64,000 nucleotides of DNA from Candidatus Saccharimonadota bacterium. GTDB taxonomy: Bacteria; Patescibacteriota; Saccharimonadia; Saccharimonadales; Saccharimonadaceae. Where the stretch lies: contig JAFWLS010000024.1 of NCBI GenBank assembly GCA_017514045.1, forward strand, positions 14,705 through 78,704, written 5' to 3'. Below the pieces are notes generated by a model. That model was not told where the DNA came from and made no database searches. It worked only from the letters and a program-made list of their open reading frames with translations. Positions 36,747 to 45,068 of this stretch are shown piece after piece. Position 1 is the first letter of the stretch; each line of letters opens with the position of its first letter. The translations under genes and the position numbers were made by a program.

Positions 36747-38750
36747 ATGGTAAAGCTGCTTCAGAATTTTTTGAACTGGGTACGCGGGATAAAGTCACCT
36801 GTCACAGACGCAGAGAAAACACTACTATCTCCTGATGGCACCATCAAGCTCAAGATTACCCTCCGCCAGGGCCACATTTCTTATTCTGTTATGAGGGGCG
36901 ACGCTATTCTTATTCGTGATTCGAAACTTGGAATAAAAGTCAAAGATCTTCCGCCAATCACCGATCATCTATCGGTTGTGCGCACCACGGAGAAGTCTGT
37001 CAACGAGACCTGGGAAACAGTTTGGGGGGAAGAACGCCTTATTGTGAATGCCTATAATGAGATTACGTTATATCTTTCTGAAACCTCTAAGTCTGAACGC
37101 CTTTTCACGCTACGCTTTCGCGCCTTTAACGACGGTATAGCCTTTCGCTATGAGCTCCCGCCACAACCGGCATTTTCTCGCATAGAAATCGAAGACGAGC
37201 TCACAGAGTTCAATGTGGACCTAAACGCCAATTCTTGGTCAATCCCTGCTTATCAACCAGATCGTTACGAGTATAACTATGAGAAAAAGCCAGTATATGA
37301 GTTAGAAAAATCCGTACACACTCCATTAACAATTATTCTTCCAAATAAATACCATCTCAGCATTCACGAAGCCGCCCTGTACAACTATGGAGAAATGACT
37401 ATTAAACTTGACGAATGGAAAGCCCTCAAATCAGACATCACCCCATTGTCGGATGGTATTAAAGCACGCGTTGAACTGCCCTTCAATACGCCATGGCGTC
37501 TTGTAATGATAGCCAATTCTCCTATCGGGCTAATCAAGAATCATATCATGCTGAATCTTAACGATCCACCGACTGAAGACTATTCCTGGGTTAGACCGAT
37601 TAAGTTCCTAGGAATCTGGTGGGCAATGTATGTTGGCGAATGGACATGGGCATCCGGTCCACGACATGGCGCTACTACACAACACGCCATCGAATACATT
37701 GACGCCTGTAGCCGCTTAGGTGTACAAGGACTTCTTCTTGAAGGATGGAATGGTGGTTGGGATGGCGACTGGCTCCAAAATGGCAAGACTACCGATTTCA
37801 TTCATCCTATGCCAGACTGTGATTTGCCAGGCATCGCTGAATATGCACGTGCAAAGGGCATAGATATCGTTGGCCATCACGAAACTGTTGGATTTATAGA
37901 CAACTACGAGGCTCAACTCGAAGCAAGCTACAAATACTATGCTGATTTAGGTATTCGCTACATTAAGCCAGGATATGCTGGCTCCATGATGTCTATCCAG
38001 GGCAAGAGGGAATACCATCATTCGCAACTTGGTGTTCTTCACTACCAGAAATCTCTTGAGCTCGCCGCCAAATACCACATTTGTCTTGATGTCCACGAGC
38101 CAATTAAAGGCACTGGGATTGAACGCACCTTCCCGAACCTTCTCACGCGCGAAGGAGCGCGAGGACAAGAATATGAAGGTGGGGCTCTTAGTCCGTCGCA
38201 TGCTTGTATCCTGCCATTCACACGATTATTGTCCGGAGCTATGGACTATACGCCTGGTATTTTCGACATCACTAATACCACTAAACGCCTTTCTTCTACT
38301 CTAGCTCGTCAACTTGCCTATTTTGTCACTATTCCGTCTGGCATGCAGATGGCGGCTGATCGACCTCATTTCTACGAAGAAGTAAATCCTGGCGCATATA
38401 AGTTCATTCGCGACGTACCGGTCAACTGGGAGCACTCTGTGCCAATTCTAGGATCTATAGGCGAATACTATGTAATAGCACGCAAAGAACGCAACGGCGA
38501 TAATTGGTTCATAGGGGGAGTTACTAACGAAGAGGCTCATAAGGTACGTATTCCGTTAGACTTTCTCGACGACTCATCTACGTACACTGCAGAGATATAC
38601 CGTGATTCCGAAACCGCCCATTTTCGCGATAATCCTCTAGATATACACATCGAAACAACTGAAGTAACAAAAAATAACTATATCGACGTTTGGATGGCAC
38701 CTGGCGGAGGTTTTGCTATCGCCATAAAGAAGCATACTCAAGGTCAATAA
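36747..38750 (+). CDS. glycoside hydrolase family 97 (alpha-glucosidase/alpha-galactosidase family)
   Basis: IKPGYAG...EYHHSQLGVLHYQKSLELAAKYHICLDVHEPIKGTGIERTFPNLLTREGARGQEYEG matches the GH97 catalytic-region pattern known from SusB. No signal peptide is visible. Confidence 0.85.
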   Translation: MVKLLQNFLNWVRGIKSPVTDAEKTLLSPDGTIKLKITLRQGHISYSVMRGDAILIRDSKLGIKVKDLPPITDHLSVVRTTEKSVNETWETVWGEERLIVNAYNEITLYLSETSKSERLFTLRFRAFNDGIAFRYELPPQPAFSRIEIEDELTEFNVDLNANSWSIPAYQPDRYEYNYEKKPVYELEKSVHTPLTIILPNKYHLSIHEAALYNYGEMTIKLDEWKALKSDITPLSDGIKARVELPFNTPWRLVMIANSPIGLIKNHIMLNLNDPPTEDYSWVRPIKFLGIWWAMYVGEWTWASGPRHGATTQHAIEYIDACSRLGVQGLLLEGWNGGWDGDWLQNGKTTDFIHPMPDCDLPGIAEYARAKGIDIVGHHETVGFIDNYEAQLEASYKYYADLGIRYIKPGYAGSMMSIQGKREYHHSQLGVLHYQKSLELAAKYHICLDVHEPIKGTGIERTFPNLLTREGARGQEYEGGALSPSHACILPFTRLLSGAMDYTPGIFDITNTTKRLSSTLARQLAYFVTIPSGMQMAADRPHFYEEVNPGAYKFIRDVPVNWEHSVPILGSIGEYYVIARKERNGDNWFIGGVTNEEAHKVRIPLDFLDDSSTYTAEIYRDSETAHFRDNPLDIHIETTEVTKNNYIDVWMAPGGGFAIAIKKHTQGQ

Positions 38751-38813
38751 TAGTAGATAGCTATTGGTTATTTTTGTCTTTTTATGATAATATACTATAG
38801 ATTGTACATTTAT

Positions 38814-38889
38814 ACGGGTGTAGCTCAGTTGGTAGAGCACTGGTCTCCAAAACCAGGTGTCGGGAGTTCGAGTCTCTCCACCCGTGCCA
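38814..38889 (+). tRNA. tRNA-Trp (anticodon CCA), CCA encoded
   Basis: Acceptor ACGGGTG/CACCCGT. Anticodon arm CTGGT-CTCCAAA-ACCAG. T arm GGGAG-TTCGAGT-CTCTC. Confidence 0.9.
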
Positions 38890-39018
38890 TTGTGAAATTA
38901 AGTCCTCTTTGAGGCTTTTTTTATCTGTAAATTGTCGGTTTGAGCCGCATCGGATTGACTCTTCAATTCCGGGTACTACCCAACAGCTTGATTATACTTC
39001 TTATGGTTTCTAATATTA

Positions 39019-39027
39019 TGGTATAAT
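39019..39027 (+). promoter_or_regulatory. extended -10 box TGGTATAAT for the FxLYD/G5 gene cluster
   Basis: Exact TGnTATAAT 36 nt upstream of ATG 39064, which is SD-led (aaagg). Confidence 0.5.
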
Positions 39028-39063
39028 AGATTCAAAGCACCTAATTTAATTAGAAAGGTATCT

Positions 39064-39537
39064 ATGGATACAGAAGAAAAAAAAGTTAACAAAAAGGAAA
39101 AACGAAAGATTCTTGACGTATTCTTAACTGTCGGAGTCACTATCGTGTTGTGCGTAACGGTCGTAGCTACGTTTCTCACATTTATCCAAGTTCAAAAGTT
39201 ATCACGTAATATGGACATCGTGAAGAACAATGTTTGGATTGAAAAAACAAATTCTTACGATAACGGTTCATCATCGTTCTTTGATCACAAGGTTGAAGCC
39301 GTTAAAAAAGACAGTAAAGATGGAAACTATATTAAAGGTGAGTTAATAAATCGTAGTGGTCAGAGAATTACGGAGGCTACAGTTTATTTTAAACTATACG
39401 ATAAAGATGGTAATCTCGTAGATTGGTCATCGGACAGTATCAAAACATGGGATTCTGGCGAAAAGTGGATTTACAACGCCTACTTCCCAGAAGGCTCAAC
39501 AAAATACGAATTTGCTGAATTTGATATAGCATACTAG
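39064..39537 (+). CDS. FxLYD-domain membrane protein
   Basis: Lys-rich N-terminus, one TM, then IKGELINRSGQRITEATVYFKLYDKDGNLV (FxLYD motif). Confidence 0.55.
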   Translation: MDTEEKKVNKKEKRKILDVFLTVGVTIVLCVTVVATFLTFIQVQKLSRNMDIVKNNVWIEKTNSYDNGSSSFFDHKVEAVKKDSKDGNYIKGELINRSGQRITEATVYFKLYDKDGNLVDWSSDSIKTWDSGEKWIYNAYFPEGSTKYEFAEFDIAY

Positions 39538-39553
39538 AAGAGGACCATTCGTT

Positions 39554-40300
39554 ATGCGTTGGTCGTCTCATCTGAAAAAGCCTGCAAAAGTATTCATCAT
39601 TATTATGGTGTTCGTTGTACTGTTATTCCTTGCCGGCATTATTTACCTAGAAGTAACAGACAGTCTTTCGTTCGAATCAATTTCTCATTACTTTGTAGGC
39701 GACACAGAAAGCGAAATCACCGTTGACGAAGAAATACCATACGAAAAACAAGAAATAAAAGATAGTAATTTAGATGAAGGCGTGACCGAAATAAGGCAAG
39801 AAGGAAAGAAAGGCAAAAAAACAATTACCTTTAGGGTCACAAAAGACAAAGATGGAAACGAAATAAACCGAGTATATGTCGGTGAAAAAGTAGCTGCTGA
39901 GGCTGTAGATGAGATAATCGCAATCGGCACAAGAGCACCAGCAACAGCTAATAGCAATGATAATCAGGGCGGTCAATCAGGTGCTAACAGTCAACAGCAA
40001 GCTAGCAATTCAACTAGCACTCAACCGACCACCCCTGCTACTAATCAAAATTCTCAACAACAAACTAATAACAATTCGCAGCCAAACAACAACGGACCAC
40101 ACTATTGCACTAGCCCATATCAAATAGAACAAGGCGATGAAGGGTGGTACGTAAAGGTTAATATCCCTTGCTCCGAAATGTATGGAAAATGGTCTGCATA
40201 CACAGTCGAAGTAGCCGAAGCTGATTATTATTCTAGAAAAGTATGCAACAAGCAAGCCGGCCCAGCCGATTTGATTATTGAAGTGAGGTGCGGAAAGTAA
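39554..40300 (+). CDS. G5-domain membrane protein, paralogue 1
   Basis: TM anchor. G5 domain (EIPYEKQEIKDSNLDEGVTEIRQEGKKGKKTITFRVTKDKDGNEINRVYVGEKVAAEAVDEIIAIGTR). Q/N/S-rich linker. 4-Cys C-terminal module. Confidence 0.8.
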   Translation: MRWSSHLKKPAKVFIIIMVFVVLLFLAGIIYLEVTDSLSFESISHYFVGDTESEITVDEEIPYEKQEIKDSNLDEGVTEIRQEGKKGKKTITFRVTKDKDGNEINRVYVGEKVAAEAVDEIIAIGTRAPATANSNDNQGGQSGANSQQQASNSTSTQPTTPATNQNSQQQTNNNSQPNNNGPHYCTSPYQIEQGDEGWYVKVNIPCSEMYGKWSAYTVEVAEADYYSRKVCNKQAGPADLIIEVRCGK

Positions 40301-40351
40301 CTATCTTTTAGAACATATTAAATGTTTATATAACAACAAAAGAGAACTATT

Positions 40352-41158
40352 ATGCATTGGCTATCTAACCTAAAGCATTCGCAGAAAGTGTTCGTTACCA
40401 TTGCCGCAGTAATGACGCTTATCCTACTTTTTGTAATCTTCTTTTTTGAAATAAAGAACAACAAACTAGCCGATGTTATGCCGCGATTTTTCAATGGCGA
40501 CACGGAGAGCGAGATTTCTGTAGACGAAGTAATACCTTTCGAGAAAAAAGAAATTGATGATGAAAATCTTGAAATAGGTAAGAAGGAGACCAAGCAAGAA
40601 GGTGTCAATGGCAGGAAGAAGATAGTTTTTAGAGTAACGATGGACAGCGAAGGAAATGTAATAAACCGAACGGTGCTGCGAGAAGAAATAGTGTCTGAAC
40701 CCACAGACGAAATAATACTTATAGGAAAGAAAGAGTATGGAAGCGCTTCTGAAGCGGGAGGTAATTACTCTGCGCAGACACCATACTCTTCTAACGATTA
40801 CTCTCAGAATCAACAAGGTAATAACGACAAAAGTAGCGAGAGCGTACCGCAAAGTAGCGGCAGTAACGATACTGACCCTATACGCTTTTGCAAAAGAATG
40901 TGGCCGTACGGGACTAGAGAGAATCCATATATAGTCTACTATATGGTCAGAACCACCCAATCGTGCCAAGAATACATTGGCCGATGGGATGTAGACGGAC
41001 GTTCGTATACAGAAGTCACAAGTGAGGAATTTTACTCCGCCGATTTCGTATCATCGGGACCAATCGTTTTGGGGTTTAACTGCACGATTCTAGAGTCGAG
41101 ACAAAAGCAATGCCCAAATTGGTATAATGGTGGCATCGAAGCATGCAGCGGCAATTAG
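40352..41158 (+). CDS. G5-domain membrane protein, paralogue 2
   Basis: Same layout. G5 (VIPFEKKEIDDENLEIGKKETKQEGVNGRKKIVFRVTMDSEGNVINRTVLREEIVSEPTDEIILIGKK). Divergent 5-Cys C-terminal module. Confidence 0.8.
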   Translation: MHWLSNLKHSQKVFVTIAAVMTLILLFVIFFFEIKNNKLADVMPRFFNGDTESEISVDEVIPFEKKEIDDENLEIGKKETKQEGVNGRKKIVFRVTMDSEGNVINRTVLREEIVSEPTDEIILIGKKEYGSASEAGGNYSAQTPYSSNDYSQNQQGNNDKSSESVPQSSGSNDTDPIRFCKRMWPYGTRENPYIVYYMVRTTQSCQEYIGRWDVDGRSYTEVTSEEFYSADFVSSGPIVLGFNCTILESRQKQCPNWYNGGIEACSGN

Positions 41159-41193
41159 GAGCAGTAGTATAAGATTTAAAACGAAAGAAACAA

Positions 41194-42024
41194 ATGCATA
41201 GATTAACGAAACTCAAAAAACCAACAAAAATATTCATCATTATAATGTTGATTATAACGATTGGGCTTATCTGTCTAGCCGCTTATTCTGAAGTATCTGA
41301 TTATAAGTTGGGTGAGGCAATGTCTAGGTTTTTTACTGGTGACACAGAGAGTGAAATTTCTGTAGACGAAGTAATTCCGTACAAAAAACAGGAAGTTAAA
41401 GATGAAAATCTTAATGAGGGGACAAGCGAAATAAGACAAGAAGGAAAAGACGGTAAAAAGAAAATCATATTCAGGGTCACCAAAGATAAGGATGGCAACG
41501 AAATAAACCGGAATTATATCGGTGAAGAAGTAATCGACGAGGCCGTAGACGAAATCGTAGCAATCGGCACAAAAGTTCCAGCACCAGCAAACAATAATTA
41601 TAGCCAAAGCGGTTGGTCTAATAGCGGAGGGACACAATCCTATAGTAACAGCGGTAACTCTCAGCCATCTGGGAACAGCCCGCAGTCGTCTAGCAACAAC
41701 TCTCAGCCATCCGATAATAAGCCATCTTCATCAAATCAAGGTCCAAGTGCCACCTCAGAAATCCATTATTGTACGAATCCAAATTTAACAAATGAATACT
41801 ACACTACCAAACAAAATGACCATCGGTACTGCGTGCATATGAAGCATTACTACATAAAGACAAATTACCAATGTGGGCAGACTGGATCTTATTGGGATAG
41901 ATATAATATAGAAGTTTCAAGTGACGAGTATTATTCTTACGATTTATGCAATCCGGACGTTCCTAAAAAAGACGTTGTACTTGAAGCTAGATGTGAAAGC
42001 AGATGGTATTATTATTACGAATAA
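41194..42024 (+). CDS. G5-domain membrane protein, paralogue 3
   Basis: Same layout. The G5 region is roughly 80% identical at DNA level to paralogue 1 by eye. 5-Cys C-terminal module ending RWYYYYE. Confidence 0.8.
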   Translation: MHRLTKLKKPTKIFIIIMLIITIGLICLAAYSEVSDYKLGEAMSRFFTGDTESEISVDEVIPYKKQEVKDENLNEGTSEIRQEGKDGKKKIIFRVTKDKDGNEINRNYIGEEVIDEAVDEIVAIGTKVPAPANNNYSQSGWSNSGGTQSYSNSGNSQPSGNSPQSSSNNSQPSDNKPSSSNQGPSATSEIHYCTNPNLTNEYYTTKQNDHRYCVHMKHYYIKTNYQCGQTGSYWDRYNIEVSSDEYYSYDLCNPDVPKKDVVLEARCESRWYYYYE

Positions 42025-42278
42025 AAAGCCCCCAACGGAGTAAAAGCGAAGCTATTAACTGATTATTATAATAATACATTGGCATCCTTATGGAGTCGCA
42101 AATACTTGTTAAGATTTTTGCGACAACGATTTCACGCTAGTTGTCAACCTCCTCGTAAAGAGTTCTCCAGAGATTCAAACCTGGAATATGTATTACCTCA
42201 CCTCACGCCCCGACAGAGCCGGAGCACACATTTGGGCCTCCTGGGGGTCTGCACCCCGTCAAATTTGAGACAAAAATA

Positions 42279-42306
42279 TAGTGGGAATGACCCCTACTAT
42301 ATTTTT
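42279..42306. terminator. AT-rich hairpin plus T-run, possible bidirectional terminator
   Basis: atatagtggg, a loop, then cccctactatat with a 2-nt bulge, followed by ttttt. An A-run lies upstream. Confidence 0.4.
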
Positions 42307-42467
42307 ACAAGAGTATAAAAATTTTTTAGTTCAATCTTTTCAGCTTCCCATTTTAGCGGAAATTTTCAAAAACTTTTTTACGCCTGATTCATTTCTACAC
42401 CTAGAGCGCCGAGGATATCGAGACGAATGATGGTTCCAACTTCTTTCACTAGGGTGTGCCATTAGAA

Positions 42468-42497
42468 TAAAAAAATAACCCCACGGGGTCATTTTTT
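42468..42497. terminator. possible bidirectional terminator
   Basis: A7, then a short accc/gggt hairpin, then T6. Confidence 0.4.
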
Positions 42498-42596
42498 ATT
42501 CTAACTACGATATAGTTGGAGAGACGAGAACCTATATAGTCTGAACCACCAAAAGATGGGAATAGCCACAAAACCATAGCCAAAATAGAACGGTAG

Positions 42597-42605
42597 TGCT
42601 AAAAT
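42597..42605 (+). promoter_or_regulatory. extended -10 box TGCTAAAAT, 7 nt before the glycosyltransferase ATG (leaderless layout)
   Basis: TGCTAAAAT, then aagtata, then ATG 42613. Confidence 0.5.
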
Positions 42606-42612
42606 AAGTATA

Positions 42613-43851
42613 ATGAAGATATTGATGCTAGGGTGGGAGCTTCCACCGCACAACTCCGGAGGTTTGGGCGTAGCCTGCTTGAACCTTTCTCGTGCTCTCG
42701 CAAAAGACGGTGTCGATATCGACTTTATCGTCCCGTACGAGGCGGAACACAAAGACATTAAATTCATGAATATCCTATCGGCCTCGCACCTGGATCCACT
42801 ATTTCGTTTCGGCATTGGAGCATATGACTCTGATAGAGTTGAAGACATGATTATTCCGGATGTTCACATTCCTGACGCAATATCTAAAGATCAGGTTTCT
42901 ATCCGCCAAATCCAAAAAACCTACTGCGATTTTGTAGAAAAATATCTGATGGAGTACAAACCAGATATCATCCACGCGCATGATTGGCTCACATTTGAAG
43001 CAGGGATCCTCGCTAAGAAAAATTACGGTATCCCATTAGTCGCACACGTTCATGCTACAGAGTATGATCGTGCAGGTGGCGCAGGAGGCAATCCTTTAGT
43101 CCACGAGATTGAACGTGAGGGGCTTGTACTCGCAGATAAGATTTTAGCTGTCTCGAATTCCACTAAAAATATTATCCACGAAAAATACGAAATACCGCTC
43201 AACAAAATTGATGTAGTTTACAATTCTCTTGACGAAGATTTTGCGAAACAGGTCTACAAACTCGACAAGGCGCAGTATAAATATGTCGAATCGCTCAAAT
43301 CAAAAGGATACACCGTCATCAGCACGGTCGGACGTTTCACTATTCAAAAAGGCCTCAGCCATCTTCTTCACGCTGCTGCCAAAGCGATTCGTAGGAACCC
43401 CAAACTCATTTTTGTCTTTGCTGGGGACGGCGAAGAAAAGAACGAGCTTATTAATCTCTCCGCCGAACTAGGTATTAGCAAGAATGTTATTTTCACTGGT
43501 TTTGTTCGCGGCAAACAACTACGTGATGTGTATGAGCTATCAGATATTTTTGTCATGTCAAGCATTTCAGAGCCGTTTGGGCTTACTGCCTTGGAGGCTG
43601 CGCATCATGGCGACGTTTTGATCCTTACCAAGCAATCTGGCGTTGCTGAGGTCCTAAAGAACGCGTTCCGCTATGATTATTGGGATGAGGATAAACTAGC
43701 AAATGAGATTTTGGCAATTTCCAAATCGCCCGCCCTCAGAAACACATTGGCCAAAGCCATAAAAAAGGAATACCGTACGATATCTTGGGATGACGTTGCA
43801 GAAAAGTGCGAAAAGGTCTATAATGATATAGATAAACATAAGCGAGCTTAA
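42613..43851 (+). CDS. glycosyltransferase, GT4/GT5 glycogen-synthase-like (GT-B fold)
   Basis: MKILMLGWELPPHNSGGLGVAC N-terminus, HAHDW, and a C-terminal EPFGLTALEA motif typical of retaining GT-B enzymes. Confidence 0.8.
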   Translation: MKILMLGWELPPHNSGGLGVACLNLSRALAKDGVDIDFIVPYEAEHKDIKFMNILSASHLDPLFRFGIGAYDSDRVEDMIIPDVHIPDAISKDQVSIRQIQKTYCDFVEKYLMEYKPDIIHAHDWLTFEAGILAKKNYGIPLVAHVHATEYDRAGGAGGNPLVHEIEREGLVLADKILAVSNSTKNIIHEKYEIPLNKIDVVYNSLDEDFAKQVYKLDKAQYKYVESLKSKGYTVISTVGRFTIQKGLSHLLHAAAKAIRRNPKLIFVFAGDGEEKNELINLSAELGISKNVIFTGFVRGKQLRDVYELSDIFVMSSISEPFGLTALEAAHHGDVLILTKQSGVAEVLKNAFRYDYWDEDKLANEILAISKSPALRNTLAKAIKKEYRTISWDDVAEKCEKVYNDIDKHKRA

Positions 43852-43862
43852 CGGAGGTAATA

Positions 43863-45068
43863 ATGCGCGGAATATGCCTATATCTTCATATCCACCAGCC
43901 GTGGCGCCTTCGAGCTTATTCTATCTTCGACGTAGCCGTAAACGACAACTACTTCATTGATCCAAACTATAATTCCAAGCAGTCTAACGAACGTATTTTT
44001 CGTAAAGTAGCCGACAAGAGCTATCTCCCCATGTTTGATCTTCTAGAGAAGAATCTCAAGAAGCACCCTGATTTTAAATTTTCGCTTAGCATCACTGGTG
44101 TCTGGATAGAGCAGGCAGAGTTGTGGATGCCGGAACTCATCACCCGTCTACGCAAAATGATTAAAACTGGTCGTGTTGAGCTTGTCGCAGAGACATACTA
44201 CCACTCCATGTCATTTTTCTATTCACGCGACGAATTCAACGAACAGGTCAAAAAACAGATCGAGACCTTTAAACGTGTGTTTGATTTTACACCCATCGTT
44301 TTTCGCAATACAGAATTCTCCTATAACGACGCTGTAGGGGCAACTGTCGAGAAACTCGGTTTTAAGGCGTGTCTCTGTGAAGGATGGGATAGAATTCTCG
44401 ACTGGCGCAGTCCGAACTACGTATATCATGCCTCTGGTACAAAGAACCTCAAGCTTTTGCTCAAGAATTATCGCCTCTCTGACGACATTGCATTTCGCTT
44501 TAGTGACAAAACCTGGAAGGATTGGCCACTTACCGTTGAACGCTACGAATCATGGCTAGAAAGTGCATGCGACAACGGTGATACGGTTAATCTATTTATG
44601 GATTTCGAGACTTTCGGCGAACACCAATGGAAGGAAACTGGAATTTTTGATTTTATGAATCAACTTATTGATCGCTGGCTATCAAAAGATGATCACGTAT
44701 TCTTAACGGTAGCTGAGCGCGCGAAAGAAGAACCGGTCGGAGACTTATCCTATCCTCAAACCGTCACCTGGGCCGACACCGAACGCGACCTTTCTGCCTG
44801 GATGGGCAACAAACTCCAAGACGAGGCTATCACTAGCCTCTACAATCTACGCGACAAAATCATTAAGGCGTCAAAAGAGCGTAAAGATGAGAAGCTTCTT
44901 GAAGATTTTCGCCGCCTCACCACTTCGGACCATGCCTATTATATGTGTACTAAGTATTGGAATGACGGTGATGTGCACGCCTATTTCTCTGCCTACGATT
45001 CGCCATACGATGCGTTCATGTATTTCCTAAATGCCCTTCGCAGTCTAGAATATAAGCTAGACACATGA
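43863..45068 (+). CDS. glycoside hydrolase family 57 protein
   Basis: LYLHIHQPWR N-terminal motif, RNTEFSY (nucleophile region) and FMDFETFGEH, the GH57 conserved regions. SD ggaggt upstream. Confidence 0.85.
   Translation: MRGICLYLHIHQPWRLRAYSIFDVAVNDNYFIDPNYNSKQSNERIFRKVADKSYLPMFDLLEKNLKKHPDFKFSLSITGVWIEQAELWMPELITRLRKMIKTGRVELVAETYYHSMSFFYSRDEFNEQVKKQIETFKRVFDFTPIVFRNTEFSYNDAVGATVEKLGFKACLCEGWDRILDWRSPNYVYHASGTKNLKLLLKNYRLSDDIAFRFSDKTWKDWPLTVERYESWLESACDNGDTVNLFMDFETFGEHQWKETGIFDFMNQLIDRWLSKDDHVFLTVAERAKEEPVGDLSYPQTVTWADTERDLSAWMGNKLQDEAITSLYNLRDKIIKASKERKDEKLLEDFRRLTTSDHAYYMCTKYWNDGDVHAYFSAYDSPYDAFMYFLNALRSLEYKLDT

Noticed and set aside
40466-40969. 167-aa minus-strand ORF antisense to G5 paralogue 2, and similar ORFs at 39688-40255 and 41275-41637
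   Set aside because: They are antisense to genes with clear G5 domains, and equivalent shadows appear in all three paralogues, as expected from the shared sequence.
42079-42318. 79-aa TTG-initiated ORF in the 590-bp intergenic region
   Set aside because: It is Arg/Ser/Leu-rich, has no SD or -10 box at the right distance, and spans several strong hairpins and a terminator-like element. This fits non-coding structured sequence better.
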